The notes under the pieces: model-generated
Databases searched by the model: none
The model's input: only the letters and a program-made list of their open reading frames with translations
What the model was told of the DNA's origin: nothing
Position numbers and translations under genes: made by a program
In this document: piece after piece, positions 37,822 through 51,809 of the stretch
Layout of the letters: every line of letters starts with the position of its first letter
How positions within the stretch are numbered: the stretch's first letter is position 1
Assembly: GCA_002633005.1 (NCBI GenBank)
Contig: NMRA01000750.1
Location: 1-64,000 of the forward strand
Length of the DNA stretch: 64,000 nucleotides
Reading direction: 5' to 3'
Source of the DNA: Phoronis australis
Taxonomy: Eukaryota > Animalia > Phoronida

Positions 37822-39309
37822 CTGTTCTCTGTAGTGAATAACGGGCATCAAACTGGTTCTCAAAATGTGGACACATTATATCCGACTATTGCCATGTGTG
37901 CGTGTGCACATCGTTGGATTCACTGTGTCTGCTAATTTGTTGTTTCCCTGCAAATTTTCCCACCTCTAATCTTTATTTTTTCATGATTTCTCGGAGGCGG
38001 AACCTTCATTATGCCTAGACTGTTGAGTTTTTAACATACATTATGTTCATTTTATTGCGTGGGCATAGCTGCTGTCTCCATGAAAGTACTGTTGGTCTCG
38101 CTCAAGTAGATGATTTCTGTCTCTTAATGTCTTGTCAACATGGTGACCTGTCTGTCACCTTCTACGCATAAAAACAAGGAAATTAAATATTGAATGTGAT
38201 GTTGATCAGTTCCGTCCTGCCATTAGGCCGCATGGTGTTACGGACCGAGTTCCATTCATCGGGTGGTAACGTCACGTCACAAAGTTATTCGGTCAACAGC
38301 CTCTGTCACTGGAGCTGAAATTTTAATCAACCGCATAATATGCAAATCAATAAAGTTTGACTGAGTTTAAGTGACTTGTTGAAATCTCCGCAGTAGTCGC
38401 AAAGTGAATTATGCTGAACGATTTTCTATGTCTGTTGGCAGCATTTTGATGAGATGCTTTCATTGAGTAAAGTTGAGGTATCCTTGTTTCTTGGTAGTCT
38501 GTTCAATTTAATTTTTGGAACATGTTGGGTACAGGTAATGTAGTCATATTTTTCCTTTCAAGAGAATTGCATTTTATTTTGATCAGGGCTATTCTTATTT
38601 GTTTCAAAATCTTCATGGTGACTCTGACTTGTTTCTTTTTCATGAAATTGAGGAGTCCATGATACTGTCAGCAATAAACACATTTCAAATTGACATTGTT
38701 AAATACTGATTGGTGTTGATTGTGTTTTCTGTTTAGACATTTTAGCATGGATTATTAGTGCCCTCTGTGGTCTTGGGAGTATGACAAACACCCATTCATC
38801 TTGAGCTTGGTGACTCACTCTCAGTTGGTCTTTGTCTGTGATTGGTTATTACTAATGATAATATAACATTACATAACCCATTTATGTATCTAGCAGTTAA
38901 CTACTGTCTGGTATATTTGCCCAGCTATTGAACTGTTAATTGGCTTAAATGTCACTAATGGGCTAATTTCATCCTGTCTTCCTCCAGATTGTATAGGTAT
39001 CTGTGGTTGGTAGGTAGGCAGATTTTGGATGAGGTATCTTGTAGGGATTGTTCTGCTTATTAGGGTAAAACCCGTATATCTTTAAACTTTTGCTTTATTG
39101 AAATTTATTTGAATCAATAAAGGTCAGGCTAACTAGTTTCGTAGTTACAGGAATAGAATGAGAATTCTCACCAAGGTTCTTTGAATTGTAACATTTATCA
39201 TGTTTGTGTATTTTCCATGCTGTCTTACCCAGAAGTCACAACCCAGGTTTTAATGACTACAGGAACTAAATGAGGCCAGCTCAGTTGAATGTATTGTTTG
39301 ATTTTCCAG

Positions 39310-39418
39310 AAACTCCATATTATGGGATATTGAACAAGAAAATAAGCAGCGAAAACGATTCTTCGATCAACTTGATGTTCTGACGAATAAACTGGAGAAT
39401 TTGCAGCTCACAGACGAA
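39310..39418 (+). CDS. APC: APC coding exon 3 (109 nt; not in the ORF track)
   Basis: Acceptor attttccAG ends at 39309; donor gaa|GTAAGT at 39419. Reads (R)NSILWDIEQENKQRKRFFDQLDVLTNKLENLQLTDE vs human SLLLADLDKEEKEKDWYYAQLQNLTKRIDSLPLTEN. The length of 109 nt equals the homologous human exon as I recall it; phase 2 to phase 0. Confidence 0.93.
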
Positions 39419-42400
39419 GTAAGTTTTTTACAATTTGCTGTTTTGTTCTTTAGCTGTGGCAGCGTTGTATACCATTGCTTGCAAAACTTGAATATTCTGG
39501 ACTTCTATGTCTTCATTTGCTGGCCCTTTGTTGTTTTGCACATTTTGCAGAAATTCTGTTTTCCTTCTCTAATTTAGATTAAATGGCACAGACATGAGGT
39601 TTTTCCACATTCCAGAAGCTAAAAAGGTTTTGTTTAACACTAATCAAAATCTTGATGCTTGCTTGTGTTTGCTCTCTTAGCTCCTAAAAGCTCCAGCAGT
39701 TGGTCCCCCCGTAACACAACGTATTTGATAACGTACAGTTTCATGAGTAACGATTTGTTTTTATCGCTGTTTCAAGCAGATCAAGCCATGCTAATAATAC
39801 TAACCACTGTCTCTGAATTGCACCCCTTGGTTCACTTTTCTTGATAATCATAACCAATCGATGTTGTTTCAATTTCATTCTTGCGATTTTTTTCTCATTA
39901 CGTTATCTGCTCTTTTTCTGTTTGCGTGCATCATTTGATTACGTTGGTCATGCATGATGGAAAATCGCCTTTCTATCTCGGCGTCTTAGTATGTCAGAAA
40001 GGCTCGATGCAGTCATGATGTGATAAAGATTAGTCTGGACAAGTCTGTTTTGTTCGATTAGCAATCGCATTACTAGTTGTCTGCATTGGTCTTAGCGTTC
40101 AAAAATGACATTTCGTTTCAAATTGGCATTCCTGAACTGGTTTCACAAAATGATACTTTGACGTAATGTTTGGATTGACTAAAATGCTGGCATTTTTGCT
40201 AGCACTTCTGCTAGTTGCAAGAACGCCAGCAGTGTGAAGTAGTGTTCACCATAACTAAACATCCAAACGTGTCGGAAGCGCAAAAACATTTAACAAATGC
40301 ATTCGAATGTGCCAAGGGCCTTTCAAGTGTATCACAAGTGCTGGCAAGAAGATTGTAGCGACGCGTTAACAACAGCTGATGGAGAATGCTGTGATGGGTC
40401 ACTTTTACCGGTGTTTTCTCTAGAACTTTGGTAGGGAAGCCACTTACTTTAAAGGACACACTTATTTGTCATCGCGTTACTCAGTGGATGGCTATGAGTG
40501 ATTGTGTTTTGACATCAGTTTTCACTTAAAAAATGATCGTGGTGGTGAGTGAAACTGCTGTCGTTTTCGTCTTCCATGTGAATCTAGTATAAAGTCTCAC
40601 CCAAACACAGAGTTATCCCAGAACAACTAGTGCAACCCCCCTATCCCCCCACACACACACATTCGATAAGTAGGGCAAGGCTTAATTTTTCACTCTGCAT
40701 GACAATGGACAGCTAATCCATATATGGCATGCCAAAAAGGCCCGTCTGTATGTAACCACAGCAGATAATTACGTCTACCTTGCCTCAGGTTTGTGGTCAG
40801 ACAGCCATTAGAAGTGGCCCAAAAAGTTACCCTAGAACAAGTAACATGTTCTAGGGTAAGTCTTTGTGTGGACATCACTTTAGTATTGCCTTGTGTAGCA
40901 GATCAATTTGTCATGCTTCAGTGACACTAGTGTTTGTTAGGTACAGCCTCCATCCACGTTTGCTTTGATCTGATTAGTAGCAGAATCAGCTGCTATTTCT
41001 AGACAATGTGCATTGTCTACCTGTGTATGGATGAAGTCCATCTTCCATGGTGGCTTGTGTTGAGGACAGGTGGCTTGGTCTTGTTCAGTTGAGGCTTTGT
41101 GGATGGCTTTCTTGGAATATGTGGCAGCAGAAGGACATCAATAGTGGAGTGACACCGTGTAAGAGTTCAGTCATTTTATGTCTATATAGCTCTCATTATA
41201 GTAATGAACTGATTCAAAGTCCACTTTGTGTTTTTTGTTATGGGCCAGAAACTTTAGTCAATTGAATGCTGTTAAGATTTTTGAGGTTATTTTGTATGTT
41301 TCTCGGTTTTTTTTGGTGGATTTTTATAATTTTAGCTTCTACGAAAAATGTCAATTAAGTTGTTTAAATACAATGCTTTTCAGTGCTTTTTTATCACAAA
41401 CATTTAAAAAGGGATTTTGCAAAAACATTATCTTGCCTTCCTTTGGCACATATTATTATGATTTCAGTTTATATGGGAGTTACAAATGTATATGTGTTGC
41501 AATTTATGATAGCTTTGATCTTCTGTTGTAACATGTTATCTCTGTGCCTCTATTGAGGCCTCAGTTGAGACGGACTGACAGTGGTTGTGATTCACAACTG
41601 TCTGAGAAATCATTAATCCGTCTGCCACAGCATTGATAATGATTGTTCTCATTTTGTCCGTCTGCCCGTTATTACAATGGCCTGAGTTTGCTTTTATGAT
41701 GTTTTTTGGAACAGTTATTGTTCTGTAGTGCGAGTGAAACATAAGACTTTGCTGTTGTCTCTTCACGCCCTCTTCGTGTTTAAAGTACACATATTGGCAA
41801 CAAGCCAGATATTTAATCATGGCAACAAATTAAATGTGGCGGCTACTTAAATATGCGTTGCTCGTTATTCGATGCTAAATCGTTTCCCAAAACAAACACT
41901 TAAAGTTGACATGTGGTCTAAGAGGAATTACAGTTTAGGTGAAGTTTCAAATTAAAAATGCAATTAATTGTTCTCTCAAAACCATGAAAAACTGAATACA
42001 CTTTGATTTGAAAAGTAACCATTTGGATCTATCAAATGTTGGCTGGTTGTTGTGTTTGTTAATAATTTCTCTTTGTGTCTTTGTTCTTCTAACACGCGTA
42101 TTACCTGGGCAATCAGTGCAGACAAGAAGTTCTTTAGGCAATACCAACTGATGAAGAATCATACCTGAATAAATACCAATACGTCTTGTCTCCTCTGGTC
42201 ATTGCGCACCCAACAACAACAGTGCCAAAATCAAAATTAGCAACCCAAGACAATACCTACCCAAAATAGGATTACAAACTTTCATTTTCATGCTAGACAA
42301 GACCCTCAGGCTCTCCGCAGGTGATGGTTGAGATGCGTTGCTGACTTGGGTACTGTGTCCCTTAAGGTTATCTTGAGTGGGTAAATTACAGTTATAGGAG

Positions 42401-45400
42401 TAGCTTTCCAGCAAAATAGTGAAGAGCAATAGAAGTGTTTTGTACTTTCTGTTTTTAAAGTTACTGAATCCTAGTTTTTCACTTTTTTCATTGCATTTGA
42501 ATTGTTCGGAATTGAAATTAGGCAAGATTTTACGAGTTTTCACAGTTTTGAAATTTTTATCAAACATGTTGAGGTCACTGGCATTCGACTGGTATTGTTT
42601 TATAACTATTCTGGGGTCATTGATTAAACTTTCCGCGATCATTGTTGAGAGATTCCATGGACATGTGCCTTTGGGGTTTTTTTGCTCGTGGATCATAAGG
42701 TATGACTTGTGTTGAAGTATAATAAGTAATAAATATTTCTTTTGATGTGAATTTAACTGTCTTATTGACCAAGTACTGGCAGTGCTAGCGCAACAATTCA
42801 TGGCAACTTTCAAATCATTTTTATAGCTTTGTAAATAGCTGATTTCGATTCAGTGAGATCAATGTGTAATGCCTACGCTGCTTGATAAGGTTATTTGTAC
42901 GAATAGCCTTTGGGTCAAGGTTGATTCCGTTTCATTTCAAATTTCCGTTTTCCTCATTCATTTGGGAGGGCAGGTTCGGAAACCCGCGTGATGGTCTCCT
43001 TGATATCTGCGAACAATTCAGTCAGTGCCACACAGTGCATAATGGTTATTGTTGTCCCTCGTGTGTCCGTTTGTTCTTCAGGACACTCAATAGTGAATAT
43101 TGTGACCAGCATTCTCTTATTGTTTTGTTAATTGATCCAAGAACTGACTCCAGTAATTAGCAATACGGTGTTATTGTTTCCGCTTTATCACCTCCTTTAC
43201 TTGAGGTCCCTGAAATATTTTTGGCGTCCACTTGTGTGATAGTATTGCCCTCATTGACATTGCACTGGCAAGACGGGGCAATGCTGAAAAGGGTAAGGAG
43301 TCCAGTCGGTGTTTTTCCTGCAAGGCAGTTGTTTTGCTTCAAATAACAACTACTTCCCCTCCAAATATAGGACCCATGGAAAATTTGCAACATATAGAAT
43401 CATTTCCGGATAAAAATTTGGCTGACTTGAAGAAATTCGGGGCAGCTTGTTTTTGACTGGATGGTGGTTTGTTGACTTTCATTGTTATGTTTAGGTGTTG
43501 CAATTCAGACTGGAAATTCCTTTTTGTTCAGGTTGAGATGCCATAACTATGAATCATAAACATTCATATCTCTCTACAACTTGTAGCCGTTATTCAATGT
43601 ACCACTTATCTTAAGTGAAGAAATATTGAAGACCAGTGCATCTTCTTATATTACAATACTCTGCTTGTCTATGTGCAGAATGAAAGTGCTCTTATTACTA
43701 TGTTAATTTATATGTTAATCTTGTTTGCTAAGATAAATAGGTTTTTCCAAGTCAATGTGCATCAGGAAATTAACTATGGAAAAAATGCTAATTATTTTCT
43801 TCCTTGCTTGCCTTTTCTGCGAGTGTGTGTGTCACCACTTTACTCGTTATTTCGTATCCTCAGGGTGTGTTTGGCAAAAGTATGCGAAATTCCCTAAAGG
43901 CTGTTTCGTGCGTACATAACTGCGGTAGTAGGACAGTATCTATGAAAGCAGCATTGGTTGTTAACAGACACCAAAGTAATCATAGTTTGACGCATCGCTC
44001 ATTGAACTTATCTGAAAATGTTACGCAGTCATAATTTTTTTAATTTGAAGTATCGTATGCTGTTGGATGATGAAGTGAAGTGCTTATTGTCGTTGTGGAA
44101 GAGTGAATATTCGAACAAAGTACTGTTCATGCCGCATCGATGCATTCCAAGATGGAAATTAAGCGCTCCTATGGACTGACGTTCCCAAAAACGTCCACGC
44201 TTGAACATTGGTGGGAAAGGAGCTTGAAGCAAAGACAACAACACTGCTGATACTATTTGACAATTAGTTCATCATTTTACTTCTAAGCTCTTTGCATGGA
44301 ATTAAGGAGGGACTAAACTTTTTTGATGATGGCCAAATTGGTCAACAAAATGATCTATTTTTTAACTTCTATCAAAAATGGTTTTTAATTTGTTGCCTGT
44401 GGTGTACCAAAAGCTCATGATGGTATGAAAGATATATGGTGATCTACACTCCATGATAGCTGGGTCCAGTCTGTTCTCTAATGTGAATTCCCTCAGCGGA
44501 ACTCTAGTCTCGAGTCCTCTGTTATCTGTGAGGCCATTAATGGGCTGAGATCAATAGTGCATTATAGGAATTTATGATGTATGGCACATATTGATTCACA
44601 CACTGCAGACGGACAGTCACGCATGGCACTGACTGCTGGAGACCTTCTGATGAGGCATGCGTGTGCTGTTGGTGAAGTCTGTCACAACTGAGAGTGTGCC
44701 GTTGATGGATACATTGGAAAAAACAAGTGGTTAGGGATAATGACCGCATGTTTCCAACCAGAACTGGAGTTCTGAAACTTCTGCAGAGTATTATTTTGTA
44801 TGTCTGTCAATACTAGCAAGCTTCGTTAAATCAGCCACTTGATTGTCCAGAGACTCTTGGTTGTCATAATATCTTTCTGTCTACAACTACTGGTATGTAT
44901 TAACCTGAAGTTGTGATAAATATTATGTTTGACTCAAAACATTTTGAAAACATGGGCTTCAATCACTGTCTGATACTTTGCAATTCAATGTTTACGAAAT
45001 CTGACTCGTGTTTGGATATCCCTGCTTGAACAACTGGTGATATTGCACTAATACATCCTACATCCCAGACAGAAATTAGCATGTATGTCATCAAATGTAT
45101 CTTTCGAGGTTTCACTAGAACTCCTGGTTTTCATTGATGCCCATCTGTGTTCCAGTCTTTTGGACTAAATATCACAGCGCCCTCTCTGGCTCTGTGTTTT
45201 TTACCCACAATGCTATACGTCCCTTGGGCATTGCCCCTCAGTTATATACTGCTGCAATGCCAACCACCATTTTACGTCAAAAGTGATTCACCAATTGTCA
45301 CTCCAATGCAAATTAAATTTTGCCAATAAAGTTGTTCTTTTCAAGTGAGTTGTAATGGTGACATAAACAATTTCCTGCACAATTGTTCGTTATTTCGTTA

Positions 45401-45537
45401 TTTGTCTGACTTGGATCGCATTATGTTGGAGCTTAACCATTTGAAAGCTTGATCAATCATACAATGCGTTTTTCTACCTCATTTATTTAGGAGAGTTGAA
45501 TTCGAGATGTGAATAGATTTGCATTGTCTTGGTCTTC

Positions 45538-45885
45538 AGCTGATAGTATTACTTTGAATATAATTCTGAGTGAAAACATTTATGTATCTGTCGCATCAAT
45601 CCTGGCAACTTTTTGTAAGGGAGCTGATCGTGTTACTTTGAGTATAATTGCTAGTGAAAACAGCGTTTATTCAGCTATCACACCAGTTCTGACATCTTTT
45701 TATACGGGAGCTGGTAGTATTACTTTGAATATAATTGTGAGTGAAAACATCATTTAGTCCTCTGTCACAGGAGCCTTGACATCTTTTTGTGAGGGAACTG
45801 ATAGTATTACTTTAGAAATAACTGTGAGTGAAAACAGTGTTTATATAGCCGCCATGCCACTTCTGACATTTTTTGCCAGGGAGCT
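45538..45885 (+). repeat. ~84-87 bp tandem repeat x 4 (diverged)
   Basis: Unit gctgatagtattactttgaatataattgtgagtgaaaaca...tgacatctttttgt-aggga repeated four times. Confidence 0.9.
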
Positions 45886-48750
45886 CATTGAACTTCAAAA
45901 TCAGTAAGTAACCATTTGGGCCTTACATAGACTTGTTATGTAATTTCTGTTTGGCCTTGTGCACAGTTTCAAACCATTCACAAGATAGTGACAAGATGAG
46001 TTTTATTGATTTTCGAGTCAACTAATCCTGAACCCAAGCCCATTTAATGGACAGCCTCTTTGATTGGATAAATATTGAGCAAAGGGCTCCTTAGTCGATT
46101 TTTACTATCTTTCAATTCCAAGGCCGACAGATTGAGTTATTTTTGCTAATTTTCTTAGTTTACGTCGTACAAGTGCAGGATCAAGTTTTCTCTAAGCTCT
46201 TACGCCAAGTCGTAGCAAAGAGAGGTGTAAATACATGGCGGTGACTTTGCTTTTGAAAAGGACAACATTCAGCCTTTGACCACATCAACATTTCAATGAA
46301 TTTTGTGTTGGAAGCAAGACACAACAATCTTAGGTATGACTGGACGTAAACCCTCTTACAAAATGGCCCCCTGTTCGTGGCCGCAGTTGATTTTGACACT
46401 AAAGTACTTTAATTTGTATGTGCTGTACAATTCTTCTTAAGTTTTTGCTCGACTTGAAATATTCTCTTGTTGCATTTATACCAAGATCATTTTTAAACAA
46501 AGTCTTACTACATTTTCCCTGTTGGTCTAATTAGTAGATTCGGAACTGCTTACTGAGTGACTAGATACCTCTGTTGGCAGTAATTGTGACCACGTCCTTT
46601 TTGAAGTAACGCACACACATCTGCATGCAGTGAGGTGAAGATTATTTCTGTATCACACTGGCTCATAGCTGGTCTGGGGAAGGTGTACACCTGCTGCGCT
46701 TTATCTTACCTGGTCTCTGGTTACCATGGTGATGTAGTGGGTCTTGCTACTGGTGATGGTTCACGATCTACGTGCCTAATAGTACAGAAATAAAAGTGCT
46801 TTCTGCTTGTCATTTATGAAGCATGGGTGTATTGCCCAAGACACAGTTTTGATGAGTTGTAGGACTTCTAGGTTCTAAAGATATCAAAACTTATCCGTTT
46901 CATTTCTTGGTTACCTTTGATGAAAGTACCAGTAGTTTGGACTCAATTCTCAAGTATACATAGGGCATCTTCCCCTGCTAGTGAACAGCCTCATGTACTG
47001 TTTTCATGAACCCCAGGGAATTGAAGTAAATAAATAGGTTGGATGGTGTGTCCGTTGGATCTCCCTGCAATGAGTGGTGAACACTATAATTATTCTCAAG
47101 GATTTTTTATAAGATAGGGTTTGTCATGTCCAGGCTCCACATAGTTTCATTTTTAAGGCAATGTCACTGAGGCCATTATTGGTACTATCTTAAAAATGGG
47201 AAAACAGCCGAGTGGGCAGACTAAGTATTGTACAATATAAGTAAGAACTCTGTACAGTGTTGCGGTCGAGCTATGTTTTTGCCTGTCCCCAGCCTGTTTA
47301 ATCGAGATGTTAACCTCAGATATCCTGAGATTGGGATGACTAACCCCTTATTAAGGTTAAAAAAACATTTCGGTTGACAGTTCACTGTTAGTACATGAAG
47401 TAAGTTATGCTAAAATCTCTTTGTGACATTGAATCCAAGTTTAGGGAATAGAGCAGCTATCTAGCGGACCTAGCTTTTCAGCCCTACTAGTAGGTAACTA
47501 CTCTATTACCCGTACTGTGTACTGGTGCCAGCTATGAACATTCATTCTGAATCCTAGTTCATTTGCCTCGGTATTGTTTTCTGTGAACAGTCGTCAGGTT
47601 TAGTGAGCGATAACTTACTGGATGATCATTGATTTTGGATATTTCCTGTGTACTAAAAAATATATCATTGACAAAATATCACGTGTCGATATTTGGCCTT
47701 CCTTTGTTTTTCACTTTCATGGTTGCACAAAATACTACATTTCACCATCAATCTGCTGTGTATTTTTGTTTGCGCAGTCGATGCTGATTCAAAGACCTCC
47801 ACCAGGTGGTGATCCATGGCATTGATTTCTAGAATGAACACGCTTAATGCATTTTACTGCTGCTTGTGTTTTTGCTGTCTTAGATATTGATTCTATGTCT
47901 GAAACTTCAACATCCTTCCCCACCTCTGTCATCTGGAGTGTGTGCTTTGCTAATGAGAGTCCAGACTGTAATTGAATTAAAACCAGTGTCAGGTCCTATC
48001 CTTTCAATGAGGTTTTGTCTGCAGCAGGAGAAATATCTTCCCCTATCAGTGTCCCTGGTACTCTGCTTTGCACCAAATGACCTTACCGCAGTGTCCACTA
48101 AAGAGGTCACTGTTAGTCTTGTAATGCTCATCCTCTGGTTTGACAGGGCAACATTCTTGATGATGCCAGTGACCTCATAGAAGGCTCATTTCTCAACTCC
48201 TTATCCTATTTCTAATGTTTTGGTAAGATGTCAGTTTCTTATGTGAGAAGCTACTTAAGTAGCATTTTTGGAAATGTGGGTTAACCACTGTTTGATTGGC
48301 AGTCTGTCATCTGATGACCTCTATGGATTCAAAAGTAATCGTGTATGGTCTGGCTAAAGAATCAAACTAAGTAAAAATCATCTCAGACATATGTTTAAAG
48401 TTAATCTTTGTGAGTTACTTTTTAACTTGTTACAAAACAATAAAGAAGGTTGAGTTTTCAAGCAACGTTTTTGAGATTTCAGTTGAACATTCATATCAAG
48501 TAAAATTTGGTCTTGTCATTGATACCATTTGTTTGCTATTAATGTATCTTTATTGTTTGCTAAATTTTGATAAAAATCACATTGGTCATCTGTTCCAATT
48601 CATGGTAGATAGGTCAAAAATCAAATTCTTGAAATGGGACTTGTTTATTTATATCCAAGCAATACTTTCATTTAGTTGGCTTATTTCTATGAACACAGTA
48701 GCCAATAGGAAGTTGATGCTTGAATTTGTCCCTTATTTACACTCATGATA

Positions 48751-49270
48751 GTTGCAGCTGGTTGGCTCATCTGCGTATGTGTAGACCTATACTAGCCATT
48801 GATTGGCTAGTGCTTGTTATTACTTTGCTCATTTGCATACATTAGTAGTCAGTGTCTGAATTTTTTTACTTATTTGTACTCATGGCATGTTTGGCCCATG
48901 CTTGCAGTTGGTTATCTCATTTGCATGTATGTACACAAGATGTTAGTTGGTCAGAGCTTATTATGACTGGGCTCATTTGCATACATTAGTAGCCAGTGCC
49001 TGAATTTGGTTGACTAATTTTCACCCATGAAATGTTTGTCTGATGCTTGCAGTTGATTGGCTCATTTGTGTGAATGTATGCAAGCCGTTAGTTGTCCAAT
49101 GCTTATTATGATAGGACTCATTTGCATATATTAGTAGCCAAGGTGTGAATTTGGTTGGCTTATTTGCATCCCTGACGTTTGACCAGAGCTTGTAATTGGT
49201 TGGATCATTTTCATGTGTGTACACAAGCCATTGGCCAGTACTTATGATGACTTGGCTCTTTTGCACAACC
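48751..49270 (+). repeat. ~145-bp diverged tandem repeat x ~3.5, rich in octamer motifs
   Basis: Units start (c/g)ttgcag(c/t)tg(g/a)ttggctcat at ~48751, 48901, 49046 and 49189. ctcatttgcata-attagtag recurs in three units. Confidence 0.85.
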
Positions 49271-50076
49271 ACTTTATCTTTTGCTTGCTTTTTGTGTTTC
49301 ATTTGTGTGGGCGCTGCTAATTAGTATACCAATCACAGAGCCAAGCACTTACTCTTTCCAGCTGGCTTGCTTCTTGGGACAATTTCTCTCTTATCAGTCC
49401 TATTGGTCTCCCATTACACAGCCCAATACACTGTAACTGGTTTCAGTGTATCTATACAGAACTGTTATTTGCATCATTTATTGGATTTCTAAGGATTACC
49501 TAACATAACTAGTCTGCAGATTGCCATCCTGTTACCTAACGGGAAGGTCTTGGCTGTTTACCCCTGATGATAGGGTTGATCATCTTTCCACTTGGAACCA
49601 TTGGTTGTGTGACCAGTCACTGACCGTGTGTTGGGAATCTTAACATTCCTGTGTTGGTGTTTGAGCCAGATCTGTTTTCATACTTAAGACTTGGACCAAG
49701 AGTCTGTAGGCTCATACCCACCTCGTTATTCTAAACAACCACTGCCTGTTTATTTCACTATGAGGATATGAGCATATTAGATTGGATATTTCGATTTTTG
49801 AGATTTTGGAGCAGGCGATTGCTTGAAATGGTAAGTGGTCATTTGTGGGATACGTGAGCTCAGTTGTGCTCAGACTCGTTTCATAGAATGCAGAGATACC
49901 CGATAACTGTCACTGGCATATGTGTTAAGCGTTTCTCATTTTGCTTCATTTTCTTTCTTCTGCAATTTCCTTTTCACTTTGAATTTTTCATTATCGAAGC
50001 TAAGGAATTGCATAAGTACTGCTGAGATGCAATTAGCTTGTAGCCACAAGTTACAATTGCACAAGCTATTAGATTA

Positions 50077-50244
50077 GCCTACTAGCCTGTCTCATTGTCA
50101 CTATGCCTACTAGCCTGTCTCATTGTCACCATGCCTACTAGCCTGTCTCATTGTCACCATGCCTACTAGCCTGTCTCATTGTCACCGTGCCTACTAGCCT
50201 GTCTCATTGTCACCGTGCCTACTAGCCTGTCTCATTGTCACCAT
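50077..50244 (+). repeat. 28-bp minisatellite (gcctactagcctgtctcattgtcaccat) x 6
   Basis: Units at 50077, 50105, 50133, 50161, 50189 and 50217, nearly identical. Confidence 0.98.
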
Positions 50245-50674
50245 TGCCTATGGTGCTACCTCAAGCTGTGTAATGTAGCATAATGTTCCATAGTTATACT
50301 CTCATACATTTCCATTACGGGAAGGCTTTAGCTACCAACTCTTGCTGGGCATTGTCAAGTAACATGTTCATGCAAGTATTGTATTAATTTACAGTCACTA
50401 TCCTAATAAGTTTGTGATTTTAGTAAATTATTAATTACTACAAACTAATTGAGACTAAGTTTAGGTGTTCAGACTACGATGCGGTCTTGCTTCCTTTTTA
50501 TTGGCATTTTTAGTTTCTTTAGAAAGTACTAGCTTGTAGCGAGAAAATAGCAGCGTGTAACCTCTCTGGCAGGCAACTTGTTTCTCATGGTCTCGTGGTC
50601 ATGCTTATGTTTGTTACTGCTGTTAGTAGGTATATGTATAACAGCCTATAGTTAGTAATATTTTAATGAGATAG

Positions 50675-51058
50675 GGTTATGTAGGACCCTGGAAAAGGAC
50701 CAAATTTGACAAATTTTAGAATGTCATATCTCAGAAATTGCTGATCCAATTCATCTGAAACTTTCAGACAGCATAACTTATGCACTGCTCTCAAATGTTC
50801 GTAGGAAATGTTTTTAAAAATTTCCGTTTTTGCATGAGGGGCTGTCGAAAATAGGACTTATCATTTTTACACAAAAACGAAAAGTTACTTAAAAAGCATG
50901 CTCACATGATCCAATCAATAGCAGATTGGTATAAAGTCAACAATCAAATTCTACAGGCTTTTTACTTTCAGATTATACATTCTTTTACATACCAGCTAAA
51001 GTCTATAGTTCTGTAGATATTTGGCTACACCAACATGTGGATAAGGTCCTACATAACC
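50675..51058 (+). mobile_element. Family D MITE (Kolobok-like)
   Basis: Perfect 14-bp TIR ggttatgtaggacc / ggtcctacataacc; flanks atag / ttag (degenerate TTAA-type TSD). Homologous to 17689-18211 and 18338-18762. Confidence 0.82.
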
Positions 51059-51162
51059 TTAGACAGTAGCTAGCAACTCATGCTTCTGACACATTTTTGC
51101 TTGCTTCTCTTTCGCTAACCACTGACTAACTCCAGCTTGTTATTCGTTATTTTCACATCTAG

Positions 51163-51345
51163 TATGATCTTCAGATGGACATGTCAAGACGCCAACTTGA
51201 GTATGAGACAGAGCGGCTCCAGGAGCGAATGAAGAGTGAACTCGGTGCCGCAGAGCAGATCCAGCGACGCCATGAGGCCCGGTTAAAGAGGATACGTGCT
51301 ATAGAGCAGGAGATGATCCGACTTCAGCAAAAACAGCGTGACCAG
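51163..51345 (+). CDS. APC: APC coding exon 4 (183 nt, phase 0 to phase 0)
   Basis: Branch-point-like ctgactaac at ~51122-51130; acceptor ttttcacatctAG ends at 51162; donor cag|GTAGGA at 51346. Reads YDLQMDMSRRQLEYETERLQERMKSELGAAEQIQRRHEARLKRIRAIEQEMIRL vs human FSLQTDMTRRQLEYEARQIRVAMEEQLGTCQDMEKRAQRRIARIQQIEKDILRI. Confidence 0.95.
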
Positions 51346-51809
51346 GTAGGAGTGTTATTACATAATGTCTCTGATGCCTTGGTTTTGGGGCCAATGTTCA
51401 GCCCCACTCCCCTACGAGAAGTAGATAAAAGTCGTGCGAAATTACCCTCATGAGGCCCAAAAATTTCCTCACAATTAGAAAATTTCCCTCAGGTGAGTGA
51501 GGGCCCTTTTACAAGTGGTCGTCTATAACAGGCAGTATGCATGTTGTTGGAATGATTCTGATTGTGATAGTGCAGTTGAGACTGTGACTTCGCTGTGTTG
51601 TGACTTCAGGGAAAGAACTGGTCCACTTTAATTGTTGTATTCCCTAGAAGTCATTGGGCTAGGTATTATTTTCTAGACTTTGAAAGCTTGTGTTGTATTT
51701 GTGAAATGGCCTGGTTGAATGCAGCTACCTCATTTTTGAGGAAATCCATGATTTTAGGTTGAAAGCTTGAGTAGGAAATGAACTTTCCTTAGCTTTTGTT
51801 ACCCGCAGG

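Noticed and set aside
42199-42813. Longest ORF in the track (204 aa, minus strand)
   Set aside because: No recognisable domain, AT-rich intron-like composition, non-ATG start, and antisense within an APC intron.
51346-51453. ORF extensions beyond the donors of exons 1, 2 and 4 (e.g. VGVLLHNV..., WVTLRLCE)
   Set aside because: APC similarity stops at canonical GT donors; the extensions are read-through into introns.
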